Made by a program: the position numbers and the translations under genes | Assembly (NCBI GenBank): GCA_029246925.1 | Contig: JAQWMF010000014.1 | Coordinates: 242 to 64,241, forward strand | DNA: 64,000 nt | Direction: 5' to 3' | Source: Porticoccaceae bacterium | Lineage (GTDB): Bacteria > Pseudomonadota > Gammaproteobacteria > Pseudomonadales > Porticoccaceae | In this document: positions 60,825-64,000 of the stretch, piece by piece | Layout: every line of letters begins with the position of its first letter | Position numbering within the stretch: position 1 is the stretch's first letter | Notes under the pieces: generated by a model | Told to the model about the DNA's origin: nothing | The model's input: the letters and a program-made list of their open reading frames with translations, nothing else | Databases searched by the model: none

Positions 60825-60840
60825 TGTGATCTGGGTCACA
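60825..60840. promoter_or_regulatory. CRP-type binding site, perfect TGTGA-N6-TCACA
   Basis: TGTGA TCTGGG TCACA with AT-rich flanks, upstream of the GH3 gene. Confidence 0.75.
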
Positions 60841-61175
60841 TTATAAAAAATTACCATAAGCTATAATTACCATCGGAATGTACAAATTACCTTGGGGTTT
60901 CACCATTTTAATGGTGGGGAGTTCTTCTAAATATAATACCTGTTTTCAGGAAATAAGAAGAGCAGTCCCAAGGCTGTTACTACCATTCCCCGCCACCATT
61001 AATGAGCGCAAAGCCACCTGTGTTCTTTTTTATCAAGTATTTTCTCGATTCATCTTATTAAACCTACAAATTATCGATTATTAATTGCCTAGTCACACAT
61101 ATTTTGTAATTTTGTATCCCTTGCAAGAGAATGATAACCAATTATTTTTAGCCTAAAATTAAATGAGAGAAAAAC

Positions 61176-63548
61176 ATGATGTTAAAAATCAATGCCCGAT
61201 TACTAGTAATCTCGCTTTTAATGTTTCTAGGAGCGCCAGTGAACGCAGAATTTAATGAAGCTAACATAGCCAAAAAGATTGACCAATTAGTGTCAAAAAT
61301 GACGCTAGAAGAAAAAGCACTACTTACCTCAGGTAGAGATGCGTGGAGCACACAACCCATAGAGCGATTAGATATCCCCTATATCTGGATGGCAGATGGT
61401 CCTCATGGGCTTCGTCGAGCACCTACAACAGATACATGGGGTTACGGTAATCAGGCGCCGGCAACCTGCTTCCCGACGGCATCAGCATTATCGGCATCAT
61501 GGGATATGGATTTACTGAAAGAAGTAGGTGCAGCACTTGGCGTAGAGTCAAATGCCTTAGGTGTAGACCTTCTACTAGGGCCAGGTATCAATATTAAACG
61601 CTCACCATTGGCTGGACGAAATTTTGAATACTTCTCAGAGGATCCACTACTTTCAGGCAAACTAGGTGCCGCCTATATTAATGGCGTGCAAAGTCAGGGA
61701 GTGGGTGCAACAGCAAAACACTATGTAGCCAACAATGTAGAAACCCAGCGTATGTGGGCAAACTCAAACGTAGATGAACGCACATTAAATGAAATATATA
61801 TGACGCCATTTGAAATAGTGGTTAAAGAAGCCCAGCCCTGGTCCGTTATGGCCTGCTACAACCGAGTGCAGGGTGCCTATGGTACAGAATCCCTAAGACT
61901 GTTAACTGACAAGTTAAAAAATGAATGGGGTTTTAAAGGTTTTGTAGTATCAGACTGGGATGCAGTAGTCGATCGTGTTCAGGGTATACGAGCCGGAATG
62001 CACCTAGAAATGCCCGGTAAGCCAGCCAGAATAACCAACAAAATGGTGGTTGATGCAGTTGAAAGTAAAGAATTAGATGAGCAGCAATTAGATTCGATTG
62101 TAAAAGATCTGCTTCGCATCGTCTTTATGGGGCAAAATACTGAAGACAAACATGGCGATCAAAATCTCGATGAACATCATCAACTAGCCCGCAAAGTAGC
62201 AGCAGAAGCTATCACCCTATTAAAAAATACCGAAAAACTGCTTCCAGTGGATACCGCTAAATATAAGAAAATCGCTGTATTGGGAGAGTTCGCAGTAAAT
62301 CCGCGTTATCAGGGTAATGGTAGTTCACAGGTGAAGCCCGCCAGACTAGATAAGTTCATTGATATTATTCGCGATGAATATGGTGAGGGCGTTGAGATTA
62401 TATACTCAGCAGGTTACAGCTTAGCCAACGACGATGATCTATCTTTAGTAAAAGAAGCCGCAGCAGTTGCAGCTGATGCTGATTTAGCCCTAGTAATGGC
62501 GGGTTTGCCTCTTAGTTATGAGTCAGAGGGTATAGATCGAACGCATATAAATCTTCCTCCGTCACACAACAAACTAATAAGTGCGGTTGCCAAAGTTCAA
62601 CCGAACACAGCCATCATTCTTACCAACGGTAGCGCAATAGCAATGCCATGGGTGGATGAGGTGTCCGCTATTCTTGAAACATGGCTTGGCGGTCAAGCAG
62701 GTGCAGGTGCAATCGCAGATGCCGTGTTTGGCAAGGTTAACCCATCGGGTAAATTGGCTGAGACATTCCCAGTTCGTCTAGAAGATACCCCAGCCTACCT
62801 AAACTTCCCTGGCGAAGACGGTCAGGTGATTTACGGTGAGCGCATGTTTGTGGGTTACAGATATTATGACAAGCGTCATATTGAGCCATTGTTTCCATTT
62901 GGTCACGGTCTATCCTATACAGATTTCGGTTACAGTGATTTAAAACTATCTGCTAGCGATATAACCGACAAAGACCAACTTCAGGTCAGCCTCAAAATTA
63001 CTAATACAGGAAAGGTAAAAGGCAAAGAAGTTGTTCAGCTTTACATTGCTGACCAAGAATCAACTGTTCAGCGACCCGTTAAAGAGTTAAAAGCCTTTGA
63101 TAAAATTGAATTAGAGCCAGGTCAAAGCAGGGAAGTTAGTTTTACCCTAACTAAAAGAGACTTCTCTTACTACAGTAAAGTCTATGATCGTTGGTTGGCG
63201 GAAAGTGGCGCATTTGAAATTCTTGTAGGTTCGTCTTCTCGCGATATCCGACTTAAGGGTGAACTAAACCTAAACAATAGCGAAAAGCTTAATTACAAGA
63301 TGACAGTATTCAGCTTCTTCTCAGAGTTTTGGAGCAATCCGCAACTCAAGCCACTACTCATAGAATTTATGCCGAAGTGGATCAAGGCTATGACGCCAGA
63401 AGGAAAGCCCGTTGAAGAGGCTAAGATTGAAGATTTCTTGCAACAACAACCATTAATTAAATTCCCCTACTTCACGGGTGGAGAGGTTGATGAGCAAAAA
63501 ATCAAAGCATTTATAGAGCACATCAATCAGCTAACGTATAACCCATAA
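61176..63548 (+). CDS. GH3 beta-glucosidase, secreted
   Basis: Signal peptide ending PVNA; DGPHG, GRNFEY.SEDP, KHY, VVSDW (nucleophile), ESEG, FPFGHGLSYT, Fn3-like C-terminal domain. Confidence 0.95.
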   Translation: MMLKINARLLVISLLMFLGAPVNAEFNEANIAKKIDQLVSKMTLEEKALLTSGRDAWSTQPIERLDIPYIWMADGPHGLRRAPTTDTWGYGNQAPATCFPTASALSASWDMDLLKEVGAALGVESNALGVDLLLGPGINIKRSPLAGRNFEYFSEDPLLSGKLGAAYINGVQSQGVGATAKHYVANNVETQRMWANSNVDERTLNEIYMTPFEIVVKEAQPWSVMACYNRVQGAYGTESLRLLTDKLKNEWGFKGFVVSDWDAVVDRVQGIRAGMHLEMPGKPARITNKMVVDAVESKELDEQQLDSIVKDLLRIVFMGQNTEDKHGDQNLDEHHQLARKVAAEAITLLKNTEKLLPVDTAKYKKIAVLGEFAVNPRYQGNGSSQVKPARLDKFIDIIRDEYGEGVEIIYSAGYSLANDDDLSLVKEAAAVAADADLALVMAGLPLSYESEGIDRTHINLPPSHNKLISAVAKVQPNTAIILTNGSAIAMPWVDEVSAILETWLGGQAGAGAIADAVFGKVNPSGKLAETFPVRLEDTPAYLNFPGEDGQVIYGERMFVGYRYYDKRHIEPLFPFGHGLSYTDFGYSDLKLSASDITDKDQLQVSLKITNTGKVKGKEVVQLYIADQESTVQRPVKELKAFDKIELEPGQSREVSFTLTKRDFSYYSKVYDRWLAESGAFEILVGSSSRDIRLKGELNLNNSEKLNYKMTVFSFFSEFWSNPQLKPLLIEFMPKWIKAMTPEGKPVEEAKIEDFLQQQPLIKFPYFTGGEVDEQKIKAFIEHINQLTYNP

Positions 63549-63690
63549 TACAAACGAGGTAACAATGCGCCTAAATAGGTAGGTGCATTGCTACCCATAT
63601 ACTTTTCCCAACAGCATTCTAAACTTTAATTTTAGACGCCTAAAATTAAAGTTATTTTAACGTAAATAGTGTTAAGTAATTCACTAATAT

Positions 63691-63706
63691 TGTGAACTGC
63701 ATCACC
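63691..63706. promoter_or_regulatory. CRP-type binding site (9/10)
   Basis: TGTGA ACTGCA TCACC. Confidence 0.55.
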
Positions 63707-63729
63707 CTTTCTTTTAGCATTATGGTCTA

Positions 63730-63830
63730 AACCAAAACAGGTAAAAGACCTCTAAATCGATCAGTTAAATCACAGTGAAACAACAATGATTGCTTCCTGC
63801 ATTCGACGCCCCATTAGGGGCTATTTTTTT
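63730..63830 (+). ncRNA. Candidate ~100-nt sRNA (5' end approximate)
   Basis: Intergenic; CRP site upstream; plus-strand-only intrinsic terminator with no plus-strand gene to terminate. Confidence 0.4.
63808..63830 (+). terminator. Rho-independent terminator
   Basis: gcccc-atta-ggggc-ta-T7. Confidence 0.7.
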
Positions 63831-63852
63831 GGTTTAAATTAAAGAAAACTAT

Positions 63853-63999
63853 TTAGTGGGGGTGGCGCTGTCGATCCCAAACTATTTCGCCTAATAACCG
63901 TTTTAATTTGGGGACCAGCTTATCAAATGGTGCAGATTTTACAAAACAATCACTAATGCCATATTCTTTGGCAACATTTACCATATCACCTCTTTCTGC
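63853..63999 (-). CDS. 3' end of a response-regulator receiver-like protein (truncated by the window edge)
   Basis: Minus frame reads AERGDMVNVAKEYGISDCFVKSAPFDKLVPKLKRLLGEIVWDRQRHPH*, like the alpha4-beta5-alpha5 end of a REC domain. Confidence 0.55.
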   Translation of the reverse strand, partial: AERGDMVNVAKEYGISDCFVKSAPFDKLVPKLKRLLGEIVWDRQRHPH

Positions 64000-64000
64000 A

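Noticed and set aside
60878-61084. 68-aa ORF upstream of GH3
   Set aside because: No clear RBS or motif, and it overlaps the likely promoter/leader region; probably spurious
61100-61120. HexR-like TGTAAT site before GH3
   Set aside because: The right half-site does not match; too weak in AT-rich DNA
703-61660. Many short overlapping or antisense ORFs in the ORF track (e.g. 703-894, 1962-2189, 25982-26371, 42750-43175, 44436-44789, 56621-57067)
   Set aside because: They lie within or opposite well-supported genes, show no recognisable motifs, and are expected shadow ORFs
1-64000. CRISPR arrays, IS elements, integrases, prophage genes, rRNA or tRNA
   Set aside because: No regularly spaced repeats, transposase or integrase motifs, or structural RNA signatures were seen; the only internal repeats are protein domain repeats (CBM6 etc.)

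Overview
Marine Gammaproteobacterium, most consistent with Cellvibrionales (SAR92/Porticoccaceae-like). This placement is inferred from gene order and content, not from a database search. (1) About 1.2-27.7 kb is a beta-1,3/1,6-glucan (laminarin-type) utilisation locus without SusD. It encodes a GH30 lipoprotein, a membrane-anchored AraC regulator, a GH16-fold/CBM6 lipoprotein that has lost its catalytic motif, a TonB-dependent receptor (TBDR) followed by SapC and cupin genes, a 1643-aa GH5/multi-CBM lipoprotein, three GH17s, a GH149 phosphorylase, a GH158-like enzyme and a GPH/MFS sugar transporter broken by one in-frame TAG. (2) About 27.7-39.2 kb holds oligoendopeptidase F, an S1/P1 nuclease and a second TBDR module (TBDR - flavin halogenase - SapC - flavin halogenase, with a convergent JmjC/cupin gene). 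(3) About 39.3-59.3 kb is mostly housekeeping: rbgA, a serine hydrolase, glyA, nrdR-ribD-ribE-ribB(X)-ribH-nusB-thiL-pgpA, an RND pump pair, ribA, hisF, rpoE-chrR, a DAACS symporter and pepQ. (4) About 59.5-64 kb holds a glucose/galactose MFS transporter, a GH3 beta-glucosidase, a candidate CRP-controlled sRNA and the 3' end of a response regulator. The best leads are the duplicated TBDR-SapC-cupin(-halogenase) modules, the catalytically dead GH16 lipoprotein directly upstream of the TBDR, a shared palindromic operator linking loci 55 kb apart, the amber stop in the transporter and the sRNA candidate. No CRISPR, rRNA, tRNA or mobile element was seen.
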